A stretch of 64,000 nt of DNA from an uncultured delta proteobacterium (GTDB taxonomy: Bacteria; Myxococcota; Myxococcia; Myxococcales; Myxococcaceae): assembly GCA_963771175.1 (NCBI GenBank), contig CAVYSY010000001.1, positions 192,001 to 256,000 of the forward strand. The letters run 5' to 3'. Positions within the stretch are counted from its first letter, which is position 1, and every line of letters starts with the position of its first letter. The notes under the pieces are model-generated. The model was not told where the DNA came from and ran no database searches. It saw nothing but the letters and a program-made list of their open reading frames with translations. Position numbers and translations under genes: made by a program. Of the stretch, positions 21,139-34,411 are shown one piece after another.

Positions 21139-21966
21139 ATGTCCCACCTTCGCAGGACGTTCCTCGTCGTCCTCTTGCTCCTCCTGGCGGCTCCCGCCGG
21201 GGCGGTGGAGCCCGGCAGTCCCCTCGGTATCCAGCCGCCACCCAAACCCCGCCCGGTGGCCACCCCGCCCGCGCCCCGGTCCGTCGAGCTGTCCCGTTTC
21301 CTCGAATCGCCCGGGCGCGAGGAGGCCTCGCTCCGACTGTGGCTGCGCTTCAATCGGGAGGCGCACGGCCTCGAGCTGGGCGTCCGGGACTTCCTCGATA
21401 CGCTGGGGCGCCTCGCCGCACAGGTGCCCGCGGGGGTCGTCCTCGCCCATGAGCACGTGCAGCTCGACGCCGAGTTGCTCGCCGCGGAACAGGAACTGGT
21501 GACCCTGGAGGAGGCGCGGAGGCTGCTGCTCGAGGAGCTCGGCCGGAGCGACCCGGACAACGCCATCCTCGAAGGGGAGCTGCCGCCCCCCTGGTCCCCG
21601 GATGGGATGCTCGACCGGGATGCCCTGGTGGGGCTCGGCTTCGCGCGCTCGGGCAAGGCCGGGCCGCTCGGACCAACCGTGGAGAGGCTGCTCGCCCGCC
21701 TGGGCTCGCTGGACCGGCGCCTGGCCTCGATGGAGGTGCTCCTGCTGCCCGCTGCGGAGGAGGCCCTGGGGGCGACGCTCCTCGCGCTCTCCTCGGGCGA
21801 GGCGAGCATCCTGGAGGTCGTCAACGGCCTGCGGTTCCTCAAGCAGCAGCAGCGGGCCCGGCTGGAGCTGCGCACGCAGCGGGAGCTCCTCCTATTGGAA
21901 CTCGCCCGTCAGCTCGGCTGCACGGTGGAGCAGCTTCCCTGGTCCTCGGCTACCCCTCAGGGTTGA
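21139..21966 (+). CDS. Exported TolC/outer-membrane efflux-like helical protein (short, divergent)
   Basis: Signal peptide; C-terminal ...[11 protein letters not shown]...LARQLG resembles the OEP repeat end. Confidence 0.5.
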   Translation: MSHLRRTFLVVLLLLLAAPAGAVEPGSPLGIQPPPKPRPVATPPAPRSVELSRFLESPGREEASLRLWLRFNREAHGLELGVRDFLDTLGRLAAQVPAGVVLAHEHVQLDAELLAAEQELVTLEEARRLLLEELGRSDPDNAILEGELPPPWSPDGMLDRDALVGLGFARSGKAGPLGPTVERLLARLGSLDRRLASMEVLLLPAAEEALGATLLALSSGEASILEVVNGLRFLKQQQRARLELRTQRELLLLELARQLGCTVEQLPWSSATPQG

Positions 21967-22039
21967 GTTGCGGGCAGAAGAGGAGAGAAAACCCCTCTGC
22001 TGTCCGACGCTGGCCGCGCTAAGAAGATCCATCGCACTC

Positions 22040-23206
22040 ATGGCGGAGACCTTGTTCGAAGAATTGAAGAGATACGTGGACTTCGGGCCGGAGGACGAGC
22101 AAGCGCTTCGTTCCCTGCACGAGGTATCCCAACAGCACTTCACCGAGATCGCGCACGTCTTCTACACGCGCATCCTGGAGCACGAGGGCGCGCGCAGCGC
22201 GCTGGCGGGCGAGAGCCAGGTGGGCCATCTCAAGGTCACGCTGCAGGCCTGGATGGAGCAGCTCCTGCGCGGACCCTGGGATGAGGCCTACTACCAGCTC
22301 CGCTGCCGCATCGGCCGCATGCACGTCCGCATCGCGTTGCCCCAGCACTACATGTTCGGCGCGATGAACACCCTGCGGCAGGAGTTCAACCGCATCATCG
22401 ACGAGCACTACGCCGACAATCCCACGGCGCTGCGAGCCACGCGGGTGGCCCTCGGGAAGCTCCTCGATCTCGAGCTGGCCATCATGCTGCACACCTACCG
22501 GGAGGATCTGCTCGCCCAGCAGGCGCGCAGCGAGCGGTTGTCCACCTTCGGGCAGCTCGTGGGCTCCATCGGGCACGAGCTGCGCAACCCGCTGGGGGTC
22601 ATCGAGACGTCGCTCTTCATCCTCAAGGGGCGGCCCCTGGCCACCGACGAGCGCGCCACCAAGCACCTGGATCGCATCGGCGAGCAGGTGGTGCTGGCCA
22701 ACCGCATCGTCACGGACCTGCTGGACATGATCCGGGATCGCCCGCTCAAGCGTGAGCCCCTGCGGCTGGAGGAGGTGTGGAAGGACGCGCTCACCTCGGT
22801 GCAGTCGCCCGAGGGCGTGTCCATCCGCGCCGAGGGCCTGGCCGAGCTCCCCACGCTGCAGGGCGATCCCGGGCAGATGCGCCAGGTCTTCGTCAACCTG
22901 CTGGAGAACGCCGTCCACGCCGTGGGCGAGAAGGGCACGGTGTCCCTGGTGGCATCGACGGGTCCGCGCATGGTGGAGCTGGTGCTGGAGGACTCGGGGC
23001 CCGGGGTCAATGACTCCATCCGGCGCCGGCTCTTCGAGCCGCTGATGTCCACCAAGGCGCGCGGCATCGGCCTGGGCCTGCCTCTCGTCAAGCGCATCCT
23101 CGAGCGCCATGGCGGCTCCATCACCTACGAGCCCCACGAGGGCAGCGGCGCGCGTTTCGTCATGAGACTTCCCGTGTCTCCCCCCTCCACGGAGGCCACG
23201 GTATGA
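22040..23206 (+). CDS. nmpU: Globin-coupled (protoglobin) sensor histidine kinase, AfGcHK/NmpU-like
   Basis: [17 protein letters not shown] (distal Tyr), RIGRMHVRI (proximal His), GHELRNPL H-box, N/G boxes. Confidence 0.88.
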   Translation: MAETLFEELKRYVDFGPEDEQALRSLHEVSQQHFTEIAHVFYTRILEHEGARSALAGESQVGHLKVTLQAWMEQLLRGPWDEAYYQLRCRIGRMHVRIALPQHYMFGAMNTLRQEFNRIIDEHYADNPTALRATRVALGKLLDLELAIMLHTYREDLLAQQARSERLSTFGQLVGSIGHELRNPLGVIETSLFILKGRPLATDERATKHLDRIGEQVVLANRIVTDLLDMIRDRPLKREPLRLEEVWKDALTSVQSPEGVSIRAEGLAELPTLQGDPGQMRQVFVNLLENAVHAVGEKGTVSLVASTGPRMVELVLEDSGPGVNDSIRRRLFEPLMSTKARGIGLGLPLVKRILERHGGSITYEPHEGSGARFVMRLPVSPPSTEATV

Positions 23207-23919
23207 GGAACTACCTGCTGCTCGATGACAACGAGGCCTTCGCCGAGAACCTGGCGGAGATCCTCCGCGATTGCGGCGACGAGGCCACGGTGGTGACGGA
23301 CGGGGCGCGGGCGCTGGAGCTGGCGCGCTCGACGCGTTTCGATGTGCTCCTCACCGACATGAAGATGCCCGGCATGAGCGGGGCCGCGGCGGTCCACCAC
23401 ATCCGCAAGGTGGACCCGGGGCTCGCCGCCGTCGTCATCACCGCCTACCCCGGCGAGGACGATCTGGAGACGGCCCGGCGCGAGGGGCTGCTCGCGGTGC
23501 TGCCCAAACCCGTGCCCATTCCCACGCTCGTCTCGCTGTTGTCCGGGGCGCGCCGGGACGGGCTGGTGGCGCTCGTCGACGACGATCTGTTCCTCTGCGA
23601 CAACCTCACCGAGGTGCTGCGCGCCCGCGGCTTCTCGTGTGTCACCGCGAGCTCGGTGCTGGATGCCGACCAGCTCGCCACGGTGCGGCCCTTCGCCGCG
23701 CTGGTGGATCTGAGGTTGCCGGGCGGGCCGGATGGCGAGGCCCTGCGCCGGCTGCGGGCGCGCTTCCCGGAGCTGCCGGTGTTCGTGATGACGGCCTTCC
23801 CGGAGGCGGTATGCCCCATGCCCGAGCACGCGGGCATCTTCTCCAAACCCTTTGACACGGAGAGGTTGCTGGAGGCGCTGGAGCGCGCTCACGCCTCGTG
23901 CCGGGAGCGGGCGGCATGA
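23203..23919 (+). CDS. nmpT: Tandem-receiver response regulator, NmpT-like
   Basis: Two REC domains (LLDD..LTDMKMP..KP; LVDDD..LVDLRLP..KPF), no output domain. Confidence 0.85.
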   Translation: MRNYLLLDDNEAFAENLAEILRDCGDEATVVTDGARALELARSTRFDVLLTDMKMPGMSGAAAVHHIRKVDPGLAAVVITAYPGEDDLETARREGLLAVLPKPVPIPTLVSLLSGARRDGLVALVDDDLFLCDNLTEVLRARGFSCVTASSVLDADQLATVRPFAALVDLRLPGGPDGEALRRLRARFPELPVFVMTAFPEAVCPMPEHAGIFSKPFDTERLLEALERAHASCRERAA

Positions 23920-25022
23920 GCGCTCCCCAACCCAAACCTCCCCGCGTGCTCGTCGTCGACGACAACGCGTCCTTCCTCGACAACCTCCACGAGCTGCTGG
24001 GTGATGCCGGCTACTCGGTGGAGGGTGCGACGAGCTGCCGTCAGGCCCGCGAGCGCGCCGGGGGTGGTTTCGACGTGGCCCTGGTGGACCTGCGGCTGCC
24101 GGACGGGGAAGGGACGGCACTCGCCCGCGAGCTGAAGGAGAGGGTGCCCGAGTCCGAGGTGGTGCTGCTCACCGGCTTCGCCACGCTGGAGACGGCCGTG
24201 GAGGCGGTGCGCGCGGGGGCCTGCGCCTACCTGATGAAGCCCTGCGCTCCCAATGAGCTGCTCCTCACGCTGGAGCAGGCCATGCGCCAGGTGCGCCTGC
24301 AGGCCGAGAAGCGCGAGCTGGCGCGCCGGGCCCAGGTGACGGAGAAGCTCGCCGCGGTGGGCACCATGACGGCGGGGCTCTCGCACGAAATCCGCAACCC
24401 GCTCAACGCGGCGGCCCTGCAGCTCTCGGTGCTGGAGCGGCGGGTGCGGCGGCTCTCGGAGGAGCTGCAGCCCAACCTGCTGGATCCCCTGCTGCTGGTG
24501 CGCGATGAGATCCGCCGGTTGGATCACATCCTCGAGGACTTCCTCCAGTTCGCTCGCCCGCGCGAGTTCCGCCCGGAGTCGTTGGAGGTGAGGACGCTGC
24601 TGCGGCGGGTGGTGGATCTGCTGGGAAATCAGGCGGACGCGCGCCGGGTGCGGCTGGAGCTGGACGGGGACGGGGGCGCGCAGGTGCCTGCCATCTGGGG
24701 CGAGGAGGAGCGGCTGCGCCAGGTGCTCATCAACCTGACCCTCAACGCGCTCGAGGCCACGCCGGTTGGCGGGCTCGTGCGCGTCGCCGCGGGCCGTGAG
24801 GGCGACATGGCGTGGATCACCGTGGACGACACGGGCCCGGGCGTTCCCCCGGAGGTTCGCGATCGGCTCTTCGAGCCCTTCTTCACCACCAAGGCCCAGG
24901 GCTCGGGCCTGGGTCTGTCCATCGTGCATGCCATCGTGACGCAGCACGGGGGCACGCTGGAGGTGGGCAGCTCGCCCGAGGGCGGGGCGCGGTTCTTCCT
25001 GCGCCTGCCCCTGGCCCGCTGA
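23916..25022 (+). CDS. nmpS: Hybrid REC-histidine kinase, NmpS-like
   Basis: N-terminal REC, SHEIRNPL H-box, FTTK..GSGLGL. Confidence 0.85.
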   Translation: MSAPQPKPPRVLVVDDNASFLDNLHELLGDAGYSVEGATSCRQARERAGGGFDVALVDLRLPDGEGTALARELKERVPESEVVLLTGFATLETAVEAVRAGACAYLMKPCAPNELLLTLEQAMRQVRLQAEKRELARRAQVTEKLAAVGTMTAGLSHEIRNPLNAAALQLSVLERRVRRLSEELQPNLLDPLLLVRDEIRRLDHILEDFLQFARPREFRPESLEVRTLLRRVVDLLGNQADARRVRLELDGDGGAQVPAIWGEEERLRQVLINLTLNALEATPVGGLVRVAAGREGDMAWITVDDTGPGVPPEVRDRLFEPFFTTKAQGSGLGLSIVHAIVTQHGGTLEVGSSPEGGARFFLRLPLAR

Positions 25023-25023
25023 G

Positions 25024-26451
<1,428 letters not shown>

Positions 26452-26518
26452 GGTCTTCACAACCTAACAAGCAACCGCCCGGGAGGGGGGATTTCCCGAC
26501 CCGCGGTGCGGCCCGACC

Positions 26519-27058
26519 TCATACGCCGCTTTCAGATTCCCAGCCGGCTGCTTGCTCCCCCTCCCGTCGACGCCAGTTCAGGTCGTAGCGGCGGTTCTCC
26601 TCCAACGCGGCCGCGTGCTGCTCGTCCCAGGTGTCGATGAAGGGCTCGATGCGCGGGGTGAGCCGCAGCATGGAGCTGGGGAAGCAGCGCTCGGGCAGCT
26701 CGTCGAAGATGCGCCGGGCTGTTCGGGCCTCCTCCTCTCCTCGCACGGCCACGTGGGGACGGACGATCAGGTCCGTATAGTGGGGCTGGCCGCCTGGGCC
26801 ATCCACCCGGCGTGCTACCGCGGAACTCTGGTAGAAAAGAACCTCCACACCCTGGGCATTCGCCTGCTCCAGGAAGGCCAGCAGGGTTCGCCCTTCCACC
26901 GCCCCCACCAGCAGGGTCTCGGGGTTCCACCGCTCATCCAGGGCGCCCGAGGGCCCACCCAGGGGGAGGGTCGGGGCCCGCTCTCCGGCGAGGAGTGCCC
27001 CGGATTCATTCCGCCACTGGAGCCGCGTCTCGAACTCGGTGATGGGAACGTAGGTCAC
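26519..27058 (-). CDS. OsmC/Ohr-like protein lacking the first catalytic Cys
   Basis: WNPETLLVGAVEGRT where OsmC proteins have NPEELL.AA..C; second Cys retained (ERCF); GTG start with RBS GGAGG. Confidence 0.7.
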   Translation of the reverse strand: MTYVPITEFETRLQWRNESGALLAGERAPTLPLGGPSGALDERWNPETLLVGAVEGRTLLAFLEQANAQGVEVLFYQSSAVARRVDGPGGQPHYTDLIVRPHVAVRGEEEARTARRIFDELPERCFPSSMLRLTPRIEPFIDTWDEQHAAALEENRRYDLNWRRREGEQAAGWESESGV

Positions 27059-27179
27059 AGCACACCTCCGGGGTGTCACATCCACGGAGAGACCTTCAAT
27101 GTGCGTGCCGCGGAACCCCAAAGGTGAGGAGTTCCGCCCCTTTACGAGCGATGGGGCAGGGGGCTGGCCGCCCCTCTGC

Positions 27180-28520
27180 TCATTCGGGTCTGACGAGCAG
27201 CACCGGCCGGGTGCTGCTCTGGAGTACTTCCTGCGCCACCGAGCCGGCCAGGGCCTTGGTCAGCCCCGAGCGCCCGTGGGTGGCCAGGCAGATGACATCG
27301 CAGCCGAGCCGCTCCGCCGCCTGGTTGATGGCCTCGGACACCTTGCGGCCGTGGACCACCTCCACCCGGGTGGAGATGCCGCGGACGGCCGCCTCGGGAG
27401 GGATGAGGCCGCGCAGCTCCTCGGCGATGCGCTCCTGCTCGGGCGAGTGGACCACGGAGCTCGGGGGCGAGATGTACTGGGCGTAGAGGGGGGGCGTGCC
27501 ACCCAGGGGCTCCAGGACGTGCAGCAGGTAGACGGTGCCTCCGGCCGGCACCACCGAGTAGGCATGCCGGATGGCGCGGACGCCCACCTCGGAAAGATCC
27601 GTGGGGGCCAGCACCCGGCGCACCACGGGGATGGTGACCGCGGCCACCGCGCTGGAGGGGACGCACAGGACGGAGATGGGGGACTCGTGGGTGACGCGCT
27701 GGGATACCGAGCCGTACCACCACTTGCTCGCCCCGGTGCGTTGGTGGGTCCCCACCACGATGAGGTCCGCCTCCTCCTTGCGCGCGAGCGCCACCAGCGA
27801 GTCCGAGGGCCGACCCAGGCCCGGATCCAGGTGGACCCACACCGCGCCGTTGCCGGGCATGTCACCCAGGCGGGCCGTCAGGTCGCGCCGCAGCGCCTCC
27901 TCCACCTCCGGCGTCACCTCGGACTCGGGGGAGAGGGGGACGCCGTAGCGCACATGCGCGTCCGCGCCCCAGTAGTGGTGGGCGGCCACCACCTCGCAGG
28001 TGCCGAGCGAACGCAGCTTGCGCACCCAGGCCACCGCCGCGTCCGAGGGAGGCGAGAAGTCCAGGCCCAGGAGGATGCGCAGGCTGCGCTCCCCGCGGGC
28101 CCAGGCCTCCAGGGGGCCCGCCGAGCGGATGACGAGCACCGGGCATCGGGCCGCCTGCACCACCCGCTCCGCCACGTTGCCGATGCGCCAGCGCGGCGCC
28201 CGCTGCCCATGGTGGGACACGACGAGGAGCGAGGCGTGAACGAGCGCCGCGTGCTCGACGAGGACCTCGTCCGGAGCGCCCTCCAGCAGGTGGACCTCCA
28301 CCCGGGCGTCCCCGATGCGCAGCTCGGCGGCCTGCGCCTCCAGGCGGGAGGTCAGCTCGCGGCGCAGGGCCTCATCGGTGGCGGTGGTGCGCCCCACGTT
28401 CCCATACTCGGTGATGTGGACCAGGTGGAGTACTTCACCACTCCGGCGGGCGAGCGTCGCCGCCGCTCGCCCGGCCGTCATCGCCCGTTCCGAGAAGTCC
28501 GTTCCGAAGACGATCGACAT
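27180..28520 (-). CDS. Universal stress protein (three USP domains)
   Basis: GTDFS, GLDFS and PTDLS starts, each followed by a G(S/N)V(A/S)..V...P(V/I) USP tail. Confidence 0.9.
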   Translation of the reverse strand: MSIVFGTDFSERAMTAGRAAATLARRSGEVLHLVHITEYGNVGRTTATDEALRRELTSRLEAQAAELRIGDARVEVHLLEGAPDEVLVEHAALVHASLLVVSHHGQRAPRWRIGNVAERVVQAARCPVLVIRSAGPLEAWARGERSLRILLGLDFSPPSDAAVAWVRKLRSLGTCEVVAAHHYWGADAHVRYGVPLSPESEVTPEVEEALRRDLTARLGDMPGNGAVWVHLDPGLGRPSDSLVALARKEEADLIVVGTHQRTGASKWWYGSVSQRVTHESPISVLCVPSSAVAAVTIPVVRRVLAPTDLSEVGVRAIRHAYSVVPAGGTVYLLHVLEPLGGTPPLYAQYISPPSSVVHSPEQERIAEELRGLIPPEAAVRGISTRVEVVHGRKVSEAINQAAERLGCDVICLATHGRSGLTKALAGSVAQEVLQSSTRPVLLVRPE

Positions 28521-28540
28521 GGTGCTCCCCCGTGGACTGC

Positions 28541-28978
28541 TCAGGTCTCGTACTCGGCCGCGAGGCTCCGGCGGTCCAGGTCCTCGATGAGGTGCTGGGC
28601 GAAGCGGACCATGTCCGCCTCGGTGAGGATGCCGAGCAACTCGCCGTCCGCCCCCACCACGGGCAGACAGCCATACTTGTTGTCCAGCATCTGCTTCACC
28701 GCGTCCCGGGTGGGCGTGTCCGAGCGCACCGTCTTCACGTCACGCACCATCACGTCCGAGGCCCACAGCGGCTGCTTCGCCGGATCCGCTCCGCCGCGCT
28801 GCGCCGCGGCCTTCAGCAGGTCCCTATGGGTGACGAGCCCGACGAGCTTCCCATTGCGCACCACCGGCAGGTGACGGATGCGGTGCAGGCGGAGCAGATC
28901 CTCCGCCGCGGCCAGGTTCTGGGTTTCCGTGAGCGTGACCAGATTGCTGCGGGTCATCAGCTCTCCAACGGTCTGCAT
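28541..28978 (-). CDS. CBS domain pair protein
   Basis: IRHLPVV..GLVTHRD and GCLPVV..GILTEAD; ATG at 28978. Confidence 0.9.
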   Translation of the reverse strand: MQTVGELMTRSNLVTLTETQNLAAAEDLLRLHRIRHLPVVRNGKLVGLVTHRDLLKAAAQRGGADPAKQPLWASDVMVRDVKTVRSDTPTRDAVKQMLDNKYGCLPVVGADGELLGILTEADMVRFAQHLIEDLDRRSLAAEYET

Positions 28979-29028
28979 ACGTGGCTCCGGTCCTTTGCTT
29001 TGGAAGGGTGTGTCCTGAAAGAAGCTAT

Positions 29029-29044
29029 TGCAGGTTTGGTTCCA
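29029..29044 (-). promoter_or_regulatory. Sigma54 -24/-12 promoter of the CBS-USP-OsmC-nmpR operon
   Basis: Minus strand TGGAACCAAACCTGCA (GG-N10-GC), 50 bp before the ATG at 28978. Confidence 0.6.
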
Positions 29045-29099
29045 GGGCGTGCTCCCTTTGAAGCTCGCCATGCTGGCAGTCTCACCTCAGGGCCACTCA

Positions 29100-29144
29100 G
29101 CGCAACGTTTTCATTCACGAAGGGGCCCGCCGCAGATGCTGCGT
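29100..29144. promoter_or_regulatory. Tandem enhancer boxes (one good, one degenerate)
   Basis: CCGCAGATGCTGCGT at 29130 and GCGCAACGTTTTCAT at 29100, 30 bp apart; same motif as 20998-21041. Confidence 0.55.
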
Positions 29145-29227
29145 TGCCCACCCATCTGATTCTTGACGGACAGGGAGCCCTCCAGGCGGTTGAAGCCCGG
29201 TCCCTCGATGGGCTACACCCTCGCCCT

Positions 29228-29320
29228 GTCGCTAGGGGTGCCTCCGAGAGAGGCTGAGACGGCCGTGGAGCGGCCAACCCTTGGAACCTGAACCGGTTAG
29301 GACCGGCGGAGGGAAGCGGC
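29228..29320 (+). ncRNA. TPP riboswitch (THI box)
   Basis: AGGGGTGC..GGCTGAGA..ACCCTTGGAACCTGA-ACCGG-TTAGG-ACCGG-CGGAGGGAAG directly upstream of thiC. Confidence 0.92.
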
Positions 29321-29368
29321 GAGCGCTCCACGCCTCGCCTGTCCCTCCCGTGGGATGAGGAGGAGTGA

Positions 29369-31257
<1,889 letters not shown>

Positions 31258-31395
31258 GGACTCGCTGACTCGTGAGGTCCCCCTCCCACCCCCCCCTCGC
31301 GATGCCGCAACGTGACATTTGCCCGGGGAGTGGGGGAATATGGGCGCGTCAGGGCGCGGCTTGACGCGCCCAGTCGTACTTGGAGGGGAACTTCA

Positions 31396-31767
31396 ATGGA
31401 GCAGCAGGGTCAGCAGGTCAGCTCGTTCATCACAGGTTCATCGATGCCGACGCAGGATGAGAAGACGTGGGGGATGCTCTCGCATCTGAGTGGTCTGTTG
31501 CTGGCCTTCATCGGCCCGCTCATCATCTGGCAGACGAAGGGCAAGGAGTCCGCCTGGGTGGAGCGTCAGGCCATCGAGGCGCTCAACTTCCAGATCACCA
31601 TCGCCATCGCGTTCGTCGCCTCGTTCATCCTGACGTTCGTGGTGATCGGCGCCTGCCTGATGCCGCTGGTGGGGCTCGGTGCGCTGGTGCTCTCCATCCT
31701 CGCCGGCATCAAGGCCAACAACGGTGAGGTCTACCGCTACCCGGTGACCCTCCGGCTGATCAAGTAA
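31396..31767 (+). CDS. DUF4870 membrane protein
   Basis: EKTWGMLSHLS..GPLIIW..EALNFQIT..YRYP. Confidence 0.85.
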   Translation: MEQQGQQVSSFITGSSMPTQDEKTWGMLSHLSGLLLAFIGPLIIWQTKGKESAWVERQAIEALNFQITIAIAFVASFILTFVVIGACLMPLVGLGALVLSILAGIKANNGEVYRYPVTLRLIK

Positions 31768-31793
31768 CCCCACCCGCGTAGGGTCGTCGCATC

Positions 31794-31836
31794 ACGGGCG
31801 AGGCGGGCCTCCACGAGGGGTCCGGTCCTCGCCCGT
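31794..31836. terminator. GC-rich hairpin between convergent genes
   Basis: ACGGGCGAGG...CCTCGCCCGT inverted repeat. Confidence 0.55.
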
Positions 31837-31850
31837 CGTGTTTCCGGGGC

Positions 31851-32849
31851 TCAGCCGCCGATGCCCATCATGGACAGCAGCGAGGCCCCGGCGCCGGGTT
31901 CGGTGAAACGGTGGCCGTCGGGTTTCTCACCGAGGGCGTGGCGGATGGCCAGGGCCAGGTCCGTGTCCGTGGCACCGTTGCGGATGAGCGCGTGCAGCGG
32001 CGCCTGGGCACGCCCGCCGAGGCAGCTCCGCAGGTCTCCGTTGGAGGCCACGCGCACGCGGTTGCAGCCGCCGCAGAAGTTCTGGGTGAGGGGCGAGATG
32101 AAGCCCACCAGCCCCCGGGGGGCTCGCCAGTAGCTCGCCGGGCCCGAGGTGGCATCGTGCTTCGCGTCCTCGGGGACGAGGGAGATGCCCGAGGCCTGGA
32201 GCCGCTCCACCAACTCCGCGGTGGGCACTGGCGTCCCCTGGCCGAAGGGCATCAGCTCGATGAAGCGCGGCACCATGCCTCGGGCATGGGCATGGGCGAT
32301 CAGCGCTGGCACCTCGAGGTCGTTCACCCCGCGCATGACGACGACGTTCAGCTTGAGGGAGGCGTAGCCCGCCTCCACCGCCGCGTCGATGCCACGCAGG
32401 GTGGCGGCGAAGTCTCCCTGCTTGGAGATGCTCCGGAAGGTGGCCTCGGACAGGGTGTCCAGGCTGATGTTGAGCTGGGTGACACCCGCCTCGCGCAGCG
32501 GCACGGCCAGCCGCTCCAGGTGGCTCGCGTTGGTGGTGATGGCCACCCGCTCCACCCCGGGCACCGCGGCGATGCGCCGGGACACCTCGATGATGTCCGG
32601 GCGGATGAGGGGTTCGCCCCCGGTGAGTCGGACCCGCCGGATGCCCATGCGCGCGAAGACGGAGGCGATGCGCTCGAACTCCTCGGCTGTCAGGAGATCC
32701 TTCTTCCCACCCCAGCTCGCCGGCGAGCAGTACGTGCAGCGAAAGTTGCACCGGTCCGTCACGGACAGGCGCAGGTACGTCATGACCCTTCCCTGGGCGT
32801 CGAGTAGGGGAGGGGTCAGGGGATCCCTGGGTGGGGGAGCAAGCGTCAT
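31851..32849 (-). CDS. moaA: GTP 3',8-cyclase MoaA
   Basis: YLRLSVTDRCNFRCTYC, C-terminal CGGCNR..C, terminal IGG. Confidence 0.95.
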   Translation of the reverse strand: MTLAPPPRDPLTPPLLDAQGRVMTYLRLSVTDRCNFRCTYCSPASWGGKKDLLTAEEFERIASVFARMGIRRVRLTGGEPLIRPDIIEVSRRIAAVPGVERVAITTNASHLERLAVPLREAGVTQLNISLDTLSEATFRSISKQGDFAATLRGIDAAVEAGYASLKLNVVVMRGVNDLEVPALIAHAHARGMVPRFIELMPFGQGTPVPTAELVERLQASGISLVPEDAKHDATSGPASYWRAPRGLVGFISPLTQNFCGGCNRVRVASNGDLRSCLGGRAQAPLHALIRNGATDTDLALAIRHALGEKPDGHRFTEPGAGASLLSMMGIGG

Positions 32850-32982
32850 TAATGGCCTCGACTATCAACCACCATGGCCTCCATCCGGCATCCCCGCAAG
32901 TCGGTTTTTCCTGCTCGGCCAGGCCTCAGGCACGTCTGGTTGAGCAGATTCGGGGCCACTTCTGGTCGACCAGAAGTGACTC

Positions 32983-34299
32983 TCACTCGCGCGGGTTGCC
33001 TTGACGTCCACCCGCCAGCACCGAGAGAACCACGGGCTGCTGGGCCGGGGTAGAGGAGGCGGAAGGGGCGGGAGGATGCGCGGCGCGAGTCGCGGGACCC
33101 TGTCCGCCAGTTCCCGTTCCCGGGTTGCCAGGACCCGGGATGGTCTGGTCGATATCGTCCAGATCATCGCCGAGCCGGGCGAGGGTGGCCTCGGCCTCCT
33201 GGGCCTGCGCCTCCGCCTGCACCAGGGTCAGCTTCCGGTTGTGCATGTCCTCGCGGATCTTGATGAGCGCCTGCTCACCGATATCGAGGAAGGCCCGGAC
33301 GACGTCGCGGTCGAACTGCGTCCCCGCGCAGCGGTTGATCTCCGCGATCGCGTTGGCGAACGTGGTGCCCTTGCGGTAGGGCCGGTCGCTCGTCATCGCG
33401 TCCAGGGTGTCCGCCACGGCGAAGATGCGCGCGCCGATGTGGATCTCCTGACCCCGGAGGTTGCGCGGGTAGCCCTGGCCGTCCCAGCGCTCCTGGTGCG
33501 ACAGCACGATCTGCGCCGGCGTGGCCAGGAAGGGGATGTTCTGGATCATCTGGAAGCCGATGTCCGGATGCTTGCGCATCTCCTGCCACTCCTCCGGGGT
33601 GAGCTTCCCCGGCTTGAGCAGCACGGCATCCGGCACGCCGATCTTTCCGATGTCATGCAGCAGGGCGCCCCGGCCGATCTCCTCCAACTCCTGGCCCTTG
33701 ATGCTCAGGCGCTCGGCGATGGCGTTGGTGTAGCTCACCACGCGCTGCGAGTGGTCCGACGTCTCGTGCTCGCGGGCGTCCAGGGCCGCCACCAGTGCCA
33801 GCAGGGTGGACTGGTAGGTGTGGGCGATGTCCCGGAGCGCGTTGCGCAGCTCGGTCGTGCGATCCCTCACCTTGCGCTCCAGCTTCTTCTGGTAGCGCTT
33901 GCGTGCCAGTTCGATGCGGCGCTTGGCGAGAGCCCTCTCGATGGCGCGGATGAGATCCGTCAGCTTGGGCGGCTTGAGGAGGTAGTCCACGGCGCCGCGG
34001 CGCAGGCAGTCCACCGCGGACTCGGTGTCGCCATAGCCCGTCAGCATGATGACCGAGGTGTCCGGGTAGCGCTCACGCAGGTTCTCGAGCAGCCACAGGC
34101 CGTCCTTGCCCGGCATCTTCATGTCGCTGATGACCAGTGGCGTCTCTTCCTGCCCGGCGACGTCCAGGGCCATCTCGGCGCCACTGGCGACCACGCAGTT
34201 GTAGCCCTCCTCTCTGAGGAGGACGGAGATGACGTCGCGCACGGAATCGTCGTCGTCGACGATCAGAATCCGAGGAGGTACGGGAGGAATGGCTTCCAC
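32983..34299 (-). CDS. REC + HD-GYP cyclic-dinucleotide phosphodiesterase
   Basis: Receiver domain, HDIGK, HQERWDGQGYP, DAMTSDRPY; probable GTG start at 34299. Confidence 0.9.
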   Translation of the reverse strand: MEAIPPVPPRILIVDDDDSVRDVISVLLREEGYNCVVASGAEMALDVAGQEETPLVISDMKMPGKDGLWLLENLRERYPDTSVIMLTGYGDTESAVDCLRRGAVDYLLKPPKLTDLIRAIERALAKRRIELARKRYQKKLERKVRDRTTELRNALRDIAHTYQSTLLALVAALDAREHETSDHSQRVVSYTNAIAERLSIKGQELEEIGRGALLHDIGKIGVPDAVLLKPGKLTPEEWQEMRKHPDIGFQMIQNIPFLATPAQIVLSHQERWDGQGYPRNLRGQEIHIGARIFAVADTLDAMTSDRPYRKGTTFANAIAEINRCAGTQFDRDVVRAFLDIGEQALIKIREDMHNRKLTLVQAEAQAQEAEATLARLGDDLDDIDQTIPGPGNPGTGTGGQGPATRAAHPPAPSASSTPAQQPVVLSVLAGGRQGNPRE

Positions 34300-34411
34300 G
34301 GTCGGCGATTCTAGGAGGATCAGGCTCCGGAAGGCCAACCCAACTCGGTTTTTCGAGATTCTCGTCCGTCCGAAAGTGGGACGGGGGGGTAGGGAATTCC
34401 CCCCTGCCTGC

